Assembly (NCBI GenBank): GCA_964016885.1
Contig: OZ024741.1
Coordinates: forward strand, 374,480,001-374,544,000
Length of the DNA stretch: 64,000 nucleotides
Direction: 5' to 3'
Source: Eledone cirrhosa
Taxonomy: Eukaryota
Positions 1-9,751 of this stretch are shown here, one piece after another. Position 1 is the stretch's first letter; every line of letters starts with the position of its first letter. Under the pieces are notes generated by a model. The model saw nothing but the letters and a program-made list of their open reading frames with translations, ran no database searches and was not told the DNA's origin. The translations under genes and the position numbers were made by a program.

Positions 1-2035
1 CGCAGACATGCGCCATTCCCGACAGATCCATCCACGACAACCTCCACCTCATGCGATACATCGTAGAGAGGGTAGCTAGGGAACCTGGCACGGGTGGGTC
101 CTTGATCAATTTAGATCAGTCGAAAGCTTTCGATAGGGTCGACCATCGTTACCTAGCGGCAGTCCTGAGGGCGGCTGGCTTTGGGCCCGTCTTCAGAGGC
201 TGGATCGCTGCCATGCACAGCGACATCTGCTCTGTGGTGAGAGTGAACGGTCACCTGTCGGAACCGTTCAACATCATGCGCTCGGTCCGCCAAGGATGTC
301 CCCTCTCGTCCCTCTTGTACGTATTGACTCTCGAGCCATTACTGCACAAACTGGAGACGTTGAGGGGAGTCCCGCGCGAACTAGGATGCGGAAGATCCGT
401 GTCAGCATATGCGGACGATGTCACCGTAGTGGTGTCGAACGCCAAACACATCGAGGCGATCGGCACTACACTAAGAGAATACGAAGCGGTGACAGGAGCA
501 ATGATCAACCAGGAAAAGTCAGTGGGCCTGCAGCTCGGCACCTGGAGAGGCAAGTCCATGCCGTCCAACAGCGTCGTCGGGCGCTGGACGGACGGACCGG
601 TTAAATTGCTAGGGGTCTGGTTCGGTCCGGACCTCCAGACGGACAAAAACTGGGACGAGGTGACGAGCAGGGTGGCTTCTCTCACCCAGAAATGGGCGGA
701 GAGGAAGCTATCCCTGAAAGGTCGAGCGGAGGTGGCTAACGCGTACATCGCGTCTGTCATCTGCTACCGCCTAACCGTCGTACCTTGTCCTAAGCCTCGC
801 CTGACTGCGCTGGAGCGTTTGCTCTTTCGCTTTTTGTGGAAGGGACGTGCTCCGATGGTCAGGCGGTCCATCTGTTGTCAACACCCGCTACGTGGAGGGC
901 TGGGCATGCCGTGGCTGATGATGCGCAGGCACGCGCTCAGGCTACGACATCTCCACCTCTTCCTCGACGGTGATCAGGTGTGGTCGCCGTTTGCTAGACG
1001 CGTTTTTCCCCAGCTCGTTTCCTTGACGGAGCTGCAGTCCTGGGTCAAGCGAAGACCGAGAGGGAGCGCCTGGAGACTGGAATGTCTTCAGGCGCTCACA
1101 GCCCTCGACCAATCGGGCAATGTGATCGGTGGAAACTCCACCTTGGCGTTCTATAGAGGATTAGTGGAGGGGAAGAGCGACGACGTACTTGGGGAAACTC
1201 TAGGCGTCGACGAAAATCAACTAGCCAATCTCTTCGGAAGAACTTTCGGGCCAGGGCCTATGGACAACTTCCAGAAATCTCTGGCCTGGCAGTGCTACCG
1301 AGGAGCCTTGCCAGTTCGGGATAAACTCTACAGGCATGGAGGTGCCGTCAGCCGGGCATGTCCGAGATGCGCGCAGGGCGACGAAACCGTCCTGCACGCA
1401 CTCGTCCAGTGTCCGAAAATTGCTGACTTGTGGGTTTATGTCGAACACCTGCTGTCGCGTTTAGGACGGATCCAGCTATCATCTGAGTCTATCGTGAGGA
1501 TTGCCCCGCCCTCCTCCTTTAGCCGGGAAGGGCAGGCAGTTTTTATCTGTCTGGTGGCCATGGCGAAAGAGATAGTATGGTGGACACGTTTGAAAGGGCT
1601 GAAGACGAGCACTTACCTCTTCGGTGATGCTCTGATTGACTTTTTCAAATTTCATTTGAAAAGGAAAATCAGAGTAGAGAAGGAAGTGCTCTCTTCCCAG
1701 CATTTTGTTGAAAGATGGGTGAGAGAAGCAAGAATGGCCCGAGTGAATGGGCCGACTCTGAGTATATATCTGTAAACTAAAGGTGGAAAACTGGGAGAGG
1801 GCACTTGCCTTGGTGGTCAGGGTCATTGTGGCTTTTTACTGGGCTTTCTCCACAAATGTCCCTCCGAAGTCTCCCCCCTATTGGGGAATTTTTCATTGTT
1901 ATTTTCATTGTTATTTTTGTTACATCCTCTGTTTTTGTTTTTTTACACGCAGAAATGCCCATTTGTACCGTCCTGCATTGTCCTGCACTGTCCTTAATGT
2001 CTACTTTATGTAAACCCTTGTGGTTAATAAAGAAA

Positions 2036-2073
<38 letters not shown>

Positions 2074-2118
2074 TTTTTTTTTTTTTATTATTATTATTTT
2101 TTTTTTTTTTTTTTTTTA
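1..2118 (+). mobile_element. L1/Tx1-type non-LTR retrotransposon, 3' part (RT, C-terminal Cys/His knuckle, 3' UTR, AATAAA, (ATT)n/T tail)
   Basis: Open frame from base 3 to 1775 with RT motifs LDQSKAFDRVDH, VRQGCPLS and AYADD, and a C-terminal CPRC-x8-H-x4-C. AATAAA at 2026-2031 is followed by (ATT)n. The GC-rich body contrasts with the host DNA. Confidence 0.9.
3..1775 (+). CDS. ORF2 reverse transcriptase of the L1/Tx1-type LINE (5' end lies outside the window)
   Basis: ORF 51..1775 (574 aa) extends in frame to base 3 (QTCAIPDRSIHDNLHLM...) with no stops. Confidence 0.88.
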   Translation, partial: QTCAIPDRSIHDNLHLMRYIVERVAREPGTGGSLINLDQSKAFDRVDHRYLAAVLRAAGFGPVFRGWIAAMHSDICSVVRVNGHLSEPFNIMRSVRQGCPLSSLLYVLTLEPLLHKLETLRGVPRELGCGRSVSAYADDVTVVVSNAKHIEAIGTTLREYEAVTGAMINQEKSVGLQLGTWRGKSMPSNSVVGRWTDGPVKLLGVWFGPDLQTDKNWDEVTSRVASLTQKWAERKLSLKGRAEVANAYIASVICYRLTVVPCPKPRLTALERLLFRFLWKGRAPMVRRSICCQHPLRGGLGMPWLMMRRHALRLRHLHLFLDGDQVWSPFARRVFPQLVSLTELQSWVKRRPRGSAWRLECLQALTALDQSGNVIGGNSTLAFYRGLVEGKSDDVLGETLGVDENQLANLFGRTFGPGPMDNFQKSLAWQCYRGALPVRDKLYRHGGAVSRACPRCAQGDETVLHALVQCPKIADLWVYVEHLLSRLGRIQLSSESIVRIAPPSSFSREGQAVFICLVAMAKEIVWWTRLKGLKTSTYLFGDALIDFFKFHLKRKIRVEKEVLSSQHFVERWVREARMARVNGPTLSIYL

Positions 2119-2157
2119 TTGTGCAATGGCCATACTCGATAACGAGGGGGCAGCCAT

Positions 2158-2872
2158 CATATATATATGTATGTATATATATATATATGTATGTATATAT
2201 ATATATATGTATGTATATATATATATATGTATGTATATATATATATATGTATGTATGTGTATATATATATATGTATGTATGTGTATATATATATATGTAT
2301 GTATGTGTATATATATATATATGTATGTGTATATATATATATGTATGTATGTGTATATATATATATGTATGTATGTGTATATATATATATGTATGTATGT
2401 GTATATATATATATGTATGTATGTGTATATATATATATGTATGTATGTGTATATATATATATATATGTATGTGTATATATATATATATATATGTATGTGT
2501 ATATATATATATATATGTATGTGTATATATATATATATATGTATGTGTGTATATATATATATATATGTATGTGTGTATATATATATATATATGTATGTGT
2601 GTATATATATATATATATGTATGTGTGTATATATATATATATATGTATGTGTGTATATATATATATATATGTATGTGTGTATATATATATATATATGTAT
2701 GTGTATATATATATATATATATGTATGTGTATATATATATGTATGTATGTGTATATATGTATGTATGTATGTATATATATATGTATGTATGTATATATGT
2801 ATGTATGTATGTATATATATATGTATGTATGTATATATATATGTATGTATATATATATATATGTATATATAT
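2158..2872. repeat. Compound (TA)n/(TATG)n/(TG)n microsatellite
   Basis: Read directly from the sequence. It explains the Y/I/M/C/V-rich spurious ORFs. Confidence 0.97.
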
Positions 2873-3410
2873 ATCATCATCATCATCATCAACGTTTAAC
2901 GTCCGTGTTCCACGCTTGCATGGGTTTGGACGGGGGTATTCCCACTTGAGGCAAGAGTGATTGTCTTGCTCGCATAGGACTGTCTGGCAGGTTTTCTACA
3001 GTTGGATGCCCTTCCTAACACCAACCACATTTACAGTGTGGGTCTGGGAGGTTTTTACCGTGTTGCCTACACGGCCACATTACAGCGTGGACTGTGTGTT
3101 TTTTTGTCGTGACACCTACACGATCTCATTTGTTTCGGCCTCGATGGCGCGGCACCAACATAACTTTACATAGAACGGGGTGGGGTGGGGGTGGTGGGAC
3201 GGGGTGTATTTTGTTAGAGATGCCTACTGGCTGGAGTAGGTTTTACTATATATTTAGGTAAGGCGGGTCTTCTCTGTTACTGAGTACCGCCAAAGGTCTC
3301 GGTCCAGTGACATTGTCTTGGAGAGGTGTAAGTGTGTGATGTCGGAGTTTATCAGCTCGTCCCAGGTTTTTCTAGGTCTGCCTATTCCGTGACTACCGTC
3401 TATCTTTATT
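2873..3410 (-). mobile_element. RTE LINE family A, 5'-truncated 3' end with (TGA)n tail
   Basis: Minus-strand translation [23 protein letters not shown]...EKTRLT. Near-identical reverse complement of 22090-22757 and 28880-29435, with (CAT)n at 2873. Confidence 0.9.
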
Positions 3411-3509
3411 ATATGTATGTATATATATATATGTATGTATATATATATATATATATGTATGTATATATATATATATATATATGTATGTATATATATATAT
3501 ATATGTATG

Positions 3510-3540
<31 letters not shown>

Positions 3541-3810
3541 ATATATATATATGTATGTTCTTCTTTTTGGTAAATATCATCTTGGTTAAGAGAGTGGGAC
3601 TGGCTTTGTGCAGTGCCTTTCCTCACTACAAAAGCTTCACGGCACAGGCATTGCTTTATATCTGGAGATCTCTCTGCACTTGTCGTCACATGGTACCATG
3701 GGCCCAGCACTATGTGTCAATAATTGTCACAAGTGTAGTGTTTGTACCAGAGTTTTCAAGTCGCTGGCTGGACTAAAAATCACACTCGTTCAGCGCATCG
3801 GTAGGGGTTC

Positions 3811-4481
3811 TCATCATCATCATCATCATCATTTTACGTCCGCTTTTCCCTGCTTGCAAGGGTGGGACGGGTCTTATTCAGCACAGCATCTCTCCACTCG
3901 TCACGGTCCCTCGTCATCTCCACCGTGAGCTTCAATGATCTGAGATCTGTTCTCACCACCTCCGCCCATGTTTTTCGTGGTCTACCTCTACCACGTCTTC
4001 CTTCAACTGGCATTTCCTGGCACTTCTTCACCCATCGGTCATCCTCCATGCGCATCACATGTCCATACCACCTCAATCTCCTCTCCCGTACACTACATTC
4101 TATCCCTCTCAGACACAGTTTCTCTCTCAACACATTTATGCTGGGTCGTTCACGCACATTTACACTGCACATCCAACGGAGCATGCTTGCCTCATTTCTC
4201 TCCAGCCGTCGCATATCCTCTGCGGTTGCTGCCCATGTCTCACTACCATGCAGCATCGCGCTCCTCACACAGGCATCATACAACCGGCCTTTCGTACGCA
4301 GGGAGAAACCCTTCTTCGTCAACAGAGGAAGCAGCTCCCTAAACGTCTTCCAACCCGTCCTAATTCTAGATACTATGGCCTCGGAACACCCTCCTCCCAT
4401 GCTAATCTGATCTCCTAGGTACCGGAAGCTATCCACCACTTCTATAGCGCCCTCTCGCATTTGAAAAATGTGTCTATCAGT
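3811..4481 (-). mobile_element. RTE LINE family B, 5'-truncated 3' end
   Basis: Translation FRYLGDQI...HGSETW...[12 protein letters not shown]...GRPRKTW with a (CAT)n tail at 3811. Nearly identical to 32252-32920. Confidence 0.92.
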
Positions 4482-4484
4482 ATG

Positions 4485-4517
<33 letters not shown>

Positions 4518-4533
4518 GTATATATATATGTAT

Positions 4534-4573
<40 letters not shown>

Positions 4574-4600
4574 GTATATATATATATGTATGTATATATA

Positions 4601-5180
4601 GTATGCATGTATACGTACATACATATATGTATACAGACGTACAGTAGCATGCACATATATATATATATATATACATATATACATACATATGCATACAGGT
4701 ACACATACATATATGCACGTATCAGTTTAGCGGCGCTTATTATAACGTCGCTTTGTTCGTTTGTAAACAAACTGAACAGCCTGAATTTATGCCATACGGT
4801 GTTAAGGCAACCACGTCACCTTTTTGTTCAACACTGACACAGGAACGATGTACTAGTTTCAAGCTTGTTAGCTATCATCAGCACCGTTTACCCATCTGCC
4901 AGATAGTTGAACGTTCGAAAGTATATACTTTCCTTATGAAAATTAACGGCTGAGCAGCCTAATTTGCATATTGAGTGAGTTAAATCGGTCAGGCATACCG
5001 AAAACGATAAATTGAAACAAAATGAAAACGAAATTTCATTTCTCACTCTTAGTATGGCACTTACTCAAATGTAAGTATGCATGTATACGTACATACATAT
5101 ATGTATACAGACGTACAGTAGCATGCACATATATATATATATATACATATATACATACTAAGAGTGAGAAATGAAATTTC
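4601..5180 (-). repeat. ~474-bp hammerhead-containing repeat unit (family 2), about 1.2 copies
   Basis: gtatgcatgtatacgtacatac... recurs at 4601 and 5075 (period 474). It is homologous in reverse orientation to the 469-bp unit (shared atgcaaattag.ctgc.ca...taattttcata). A rearranged piece recurs at 44873-45131. Confidence 0.8.
4844..4888 (-). ncRNA. Minimal type-I hammerhead ribozyme motif (family 2)
   Basis: Minus strand reads aacggug CUGAUGA uagcu-aaca-agcuu GAAA cuag UA caucguu. This gives a 7-bp stem I (one G-U), a 4-bp stem II with a U-U at its base, a palindromic ACUAGU helix III, and a predicted GUA cleavage triplet. Confidence 0.8.
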
Positions 5181-5647
5181 AAGGAATATTGAACTAGTTT
5201 CGTTGTTGTTACGAAACTAGTTCAATATTGTCTGGCTCTCTGGAGAATAGAGGAAAGGTGTTTCCTCGAAAACCAGTATGACTCTAAAAACCGGTTTGTC
5301 TGTGTGTTTACATACGGAATAGCTTGGTTACTCACAGTAAAGTAACCAGTGAAAGACTTGTTACATCTACATATGTATACGTGTGTGTATTCATATGCAC
5401 ACTAGTATTTCAGTATGCATATGTAGATGTACATTTTTAACTTAATTGTTTAAGCGTCAGTCATACAAAAGTGAGTTACAAACGAAACGAAATTTAATTT
5501 TGTTTCGTTATTTGTTTTTATCGTCTCCGCTGAACCGGTGCGTACTCACACTCTATGCAAATTAGTCTGCCCACTACTAATTTTCATAGAAAAAGCATAT
5601 AACGATATGTGCTTTTACGATTCTCCAGAAAGGCCGGTAGATAGGTA

Positions 5648-5692
5648 AATATCGCTGATGAGTTGTAACAACAACGAAACTAGTTCAATATT
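5648..5692 (+). ncRNA. Minimal type-I hammerhead ribozyme motif, copy 1 (one mismatch in stem I)
   Basis: aauaucg CUGAUGA guugu-aaca-acaac GAAA cuag UU caauauu. Confidence 0.82.
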
Positions 5693-6116
5693 CCTTGTCT
5701 GGCTTTCTGGAGAATAGAGGAAAGGTGTTTCCTCGAAAACCAGTATGACTCTAAAAACCGGTTTGTCTGTGTGTGTTTACATACGGAATAGCTTGGTTAC
5801 TCACAGTAAAGTAACCAGTGAAAGACTTGTTACATCTACATATGTATACGTGTGTGTATTCATATGCACACTAGTATTTCAGTATGCATATGTAGATGTA
5901 CATTTTTAACTTAATTGTTTAAGCGTCAGTCATACAAAAGTGAGTTACAAACGAAACAAAATTTAATTTCGTTTCGTTATTTGTTTTTATCGTCTCCGCT
6001 GAACCGGTGCGTACTCACACTCTATGCAAATTAGTCTGCCCACTACTAATTTTCATAGAAAAAGCATATAACGATATGTGCTTTTACGATTCTCCAGAAA
6101 GGCCGGTAGATAGGTA

Positions 6117-6161
6117 AATATTGCTGATGAGTTGTAACAACAACGAAACTAGTTCAATATT
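6117..6161 (+). ncRNA. Minimal type-I hammerhead ribozyme motif, copy 2 (all helices intact)
   Basis: aauauug CUGAUGA guugu-aaca-acaac GAAA cuag UU caauauu: 7-bp stem I, 5-bp stem II, palindromic AACUAGUU helix III, predicted cleavage after GUU (6154). Stem I is extended by uucuccagaaag pairing with cuuucuggagaa. Confidence 0.88.
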
Positions 6162-6583
6162 CCTTGTCTGGCTTTCTGGAGAATAGAGGAAAGGTGTTTC
6201 CTCGAAAACCAGTATGACTCTAAAAACCGGTTTGTCTGTGTGTTTACATACGGAATAGCTTGGTTACTCACAGTAAAGTAACCAGTGAAAGACTTGTTAC
6301 ATCTACATATGTATACGTGTGTGTATTCATATGCACACTAGTATTTCAGTATGCATATGTAGATGTACATTTTTAACTTAATTGTTTAAGCGTCAGTCAT
6401 ACAAAAGTGAGTTACAAACGAAACGAAATTTAATTTTGTTTCGTTATTTGTTTTTATCGTCTCCGCTGAACCGGTGCGTACTCACACTCTATGCAAATTA
6501 GTCTGCCCACTACTAATTTTCATAGAAAAAGCATATAACGATATGTGCTTTTACGATTCTCCAGAAAGGCCGGTAGATAGGTA

Positions 6584-6628
6584 AATATTGCTGATGAGTT
6601 GTAACAACAACGAAACTAATTCAATATT
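6584..6628 (+). ncRNA. Minimal type-I hammerhead ribozyme motif, copy 3 (G>A in helix III)
   Basis: Same as copy 2 except GAAACUAAUU replaces GAAACUAGUU, which breaks the helix III palindrome. Confidence 0.7.
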
Positions 6629-7859
6629 CCTTGTCTGGCTTTCTGGAGAATAGAGGAAAGGTGTTTCCTCGAAAACCAGTATGACTCTAAAAACCGGTTT
6701 GTCTGTGTGTTTACATACGGAATAGCTTGGTTACTCACAGTAAAGTAACCAGTGAAAGACTTGTTACATCTACATATGTATACGTGTGTGTATTCATATG
6801 CACACTAGTATTTCAGTATGCATATGTAGATGTACATTTTTAACTTAATTGTTTACATATATATATGTATGTATGTATGTATGTATATATATATATGTGA
6901 TGCACATCTACCTGTATGTGTATGTCTATGTGTATCTATGTGGGGATTGTGTGTATATATATATATATATGCATACGATTCGAATGCACTCGTTTATAAG
7001 GGTTTTCTTAAGGTTCGTGATAAACAAACTTATATAATAACAGTCACAACTACATAACAGGTGGATTTATTAGATATAAAACTTATAAAATTAATTAAAT
7101 AATATAAGGTTTGTATAACCTAAAATTTCCTTTATTATCTTAACATTTGTAACATTTAATATAAGTAAATAACTTCATTTCTTTCACGCTGTTTTGCATT
7201 TACATAGAAATAATTTTCTCCGTTTTGTCTATGGTTTTCTCCGAAAAATCTATAAGTTTAAGGAAAATTCCTACATCTTAAACATAAAAAGTCCTTTATT
7301 GTATGTATGTATGTGTAGGTGTATATATATATATATTTATATGTATATATATCTGTGTGTGCGTATGTATATATATGAATATATTCTTTTAATAATATAT
7401 AGATCTCAATTTTTAATGTATAGATCTCAATAATTTAATGGATAACTTAATTGATAAACTAAACATTTAATCATATTTAAACACTGGTTAAAATTCTCCT
7501 ATTATTTATGTATTTCATTCACGCTTATTTACTCTTCTTTACTCATCCATTAAATATTTATTCTTTCACTTCATCCTAAAAGTTAAGCTAATACAACAGC
7601 CTATCACTTAGATCTTTCTCTTTCTCTTTTCTATTTTCTTTTTTCTTCTCTTTCTCTTGTTTTCTTATTTTTCTCTTAGAGTTTGCTCTTTTTTCTCTTT
7701 TTTTCTTTCTTTTTTTTTCTCTTTCTTTTCTTTCCCTTTCTCCATAACCCAACGGCTTATTTAAATCTACTGTGATTTTAAAATATTCGACACTAATTTG
7801 CATAATAGTATAAATAAATTTATAACCCCACTATCCGGTATCTTCCAACAGAAATGGTC

Positions 7860-8100
7860 GCATTCTTTAAGGGTATGTCAATATTTATTTATAAAACTGC
7901 TCTGTTATATTTTATCTGATGAAAGCACACCATAATTTAACTTGGTGTCCTTGAAATATGTATAATGAAATAAATATGGTTTTATAAATATAGTTTCCAT
8001 TTGTTAATATATCGTATTTTTACTCCAATAATTTGTTGAGTGCTTTATATCAGTTATAAAAATATTTGCTTGTTGTATCCCAACAATTTAAATAGAACTT
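7860..8100 (+). repeat. Dispersed repeat with a hammerhead-like core (family 3), probably PLE pseudo-LTR-derived
   Basis: Homologous to 41025-41270. CTGATGA at 7916, a hairpin acacca/tggtgt, and GAAA at 7953. Helix I/III register is ambiguous. Confidence 0.55.
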
Positions 8101-8140
8101 CTATATATATATATATATATCCATTCATATTTATTGTATA

Positions 8141-8740
8141 CTAGACCACCCGTGACCTGTTGGGTCACATTCACTTCAAAATATATTTTTTTTTAAATGT
8201 TCACTTAAAAATAATTTTTAAATAATTAAAATATACACAGACATGTATATAATGTGAACTGGAAGGCCTATATATATATATATATGTGTGTGTATGTATA
8301 TATATAAATGTGTGTTTGTATACATATATATGTGTGTGTTTGAATACATATGTGTGGGTGTCTGTGATCTATATACACTGGTGATAGATAGACACACACT
8401 CATATATATATATATATACATTTATACACCAACACCACCAGCTCTCTCTCTTCCATTTTCCTTCTCTGTTTCCTCCTCTCCCTCTCTCTATGTCTCTCTT
8501 TCAATCTACTCTCTCACAACCACTATCTCTTTCTCTCTATCTATTTATGAAGGTACCCAGAAAACCCCATATCTCTGGAACCCGTGCTTCAATTTACGTG
8601 AAACTTGTTTTATTCTGTTTGTATTTCCATTTCAGGGCAACTTCCTTTCAAAGTATTTTCCCATTATGCGCCCTTTTGGCTGTATTACATTACAGACAAG
8701 CAAGCAAGCAATCACAGACTTTTAGTAATATATATATTAA
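8141..8740 (-). mobile_element. Non-autonomous Helitron-like element
   Basis: The minus-strand 3' end reads gtgacc-caaca-ggtcac hairpin, 7 nt, then CTAG|T. A (GCAA)n-rich segment lies near the presumed 5' end, whose boundary is approximate. Confidence 0.55.
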
Positions 8741-9124
8741 AATCTGTTACATACCAAAGATGGTGCTATTGTTGTCTTCTTAAAGGAAGTAAAGTAAATT
8801 CGAGAAACTTGTTGAAACTTTATAAAATGAATGAAATGGTGAAAAAAAAATCATTATTTATTGAAGTTGTGTAACAAAAACTAAACAACACTTAAGAATA
8901 TTAAAACTTCCTAAATATATTCTCCTTCATTAGAACTTCAAAACCTCATCATCTAAACATGTGTTGATTACCTGTCTCCGCTTATAAACGGAGTTTGAAT
9001 TATTTTCTTATTTCTCGGACATGAAATATGGGGTCAGCTTATATACTGTATATCAAAATATTAAAACTCCATAAAAATATTCTCCACTCATGGGAATTTA
9101 CAAAACTGTTCCATATAAACAATG

Positions 9125-9267
9125 TACCGTATTTCCCAGCTACTTTTTTCCTAAAATAAGTCTCAAAAATCTACCATGCGTCCTGGAGGCCGAAGGTTGT
9201 TTATTTTTTTTTTCAAATTTTTGGTTGTCAAAATTAGGGTGTCTCCTAGAGGATGGGAAATACAGTA
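9125..9267. mobile_element. Tc1/mariner-pogo-type MITE
   Basis: Terminal inverted repeats taccgtatttccc / gggaaatacagta with TA ends. Confidence 0.65.
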
Positions 9268-9594
9268 TTGATTACCTACCTCTGCTTATACACAGGGTTT
9301 GTGTTTTTACCCATTTCTCAGACATAAAATAAAGGTGTCAGCTTATATGTAAATAAGCAAATAGGACCATCAAAAACATATATCTGAACGTAGATACACC
9401 TAGAACAAACAAAGTAATTATTGAATGCTCCTATATGTAAGTAATACACTCCGAAAACAAATGCAACAACAAACAAAGCATCCAGTGGATTACAGACCAT
9501 TGAATTACGAACTCGTAACTAATACGCTCATTAAAACAAAACCAAGGATTGGTGTATACTCGAATATATATGGTCATTTGTTTTTCTTTTGCAG

Positions 9595-9751
9595 GGAGAT
9601 TTGGTGGCTGTTGGTGTACTGTCTGGAAACAGAAACTATGAGGGACGTGTTCATCCTCTTACTCGAGCCAACTTTTTAGCTTCCCCTCTGTTAGTCATTG
9701 CATATGCTTTAGCTGGAACTATTTGCATAGACTTTGAGACAGAACCATTAG
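9595..9751 (+). CDS. ACO1: Cytoplasmic aconitate hydratase / IRP1, internal exon ([21 protein letters not shown]...DFETEPL-G)
   Basis: ttttgcag acceptor and gtaatt donor. Contains the conserved aconitase motif SGNRNxEGRVHP. Ends in phase 1, matching the next exon. Confidence 0.95.

Larger units (their letters stand above)
5212..6855 (+). repeat. Tandem array of ~467-469-bp units (~3.5 copies) carrying hammerhead motifs (retrozyme / PLE pseudo-LTR-like, family 1)
   Basis: Near-identical units, with CTGATGA cores at 5655, 6124 and 6591. No ORF. The right end runs into a (TA)/(TATG) microsatellite. Confidence 0.93.

Noticed and set aside
1805-2960. Long ORFs of 258-364 aa rich in Y/I/M/C/V/H
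   Set aside because: They are translations of (TA)/(TG) microsatellite, which lacks stop codons in these frames. Not genes.
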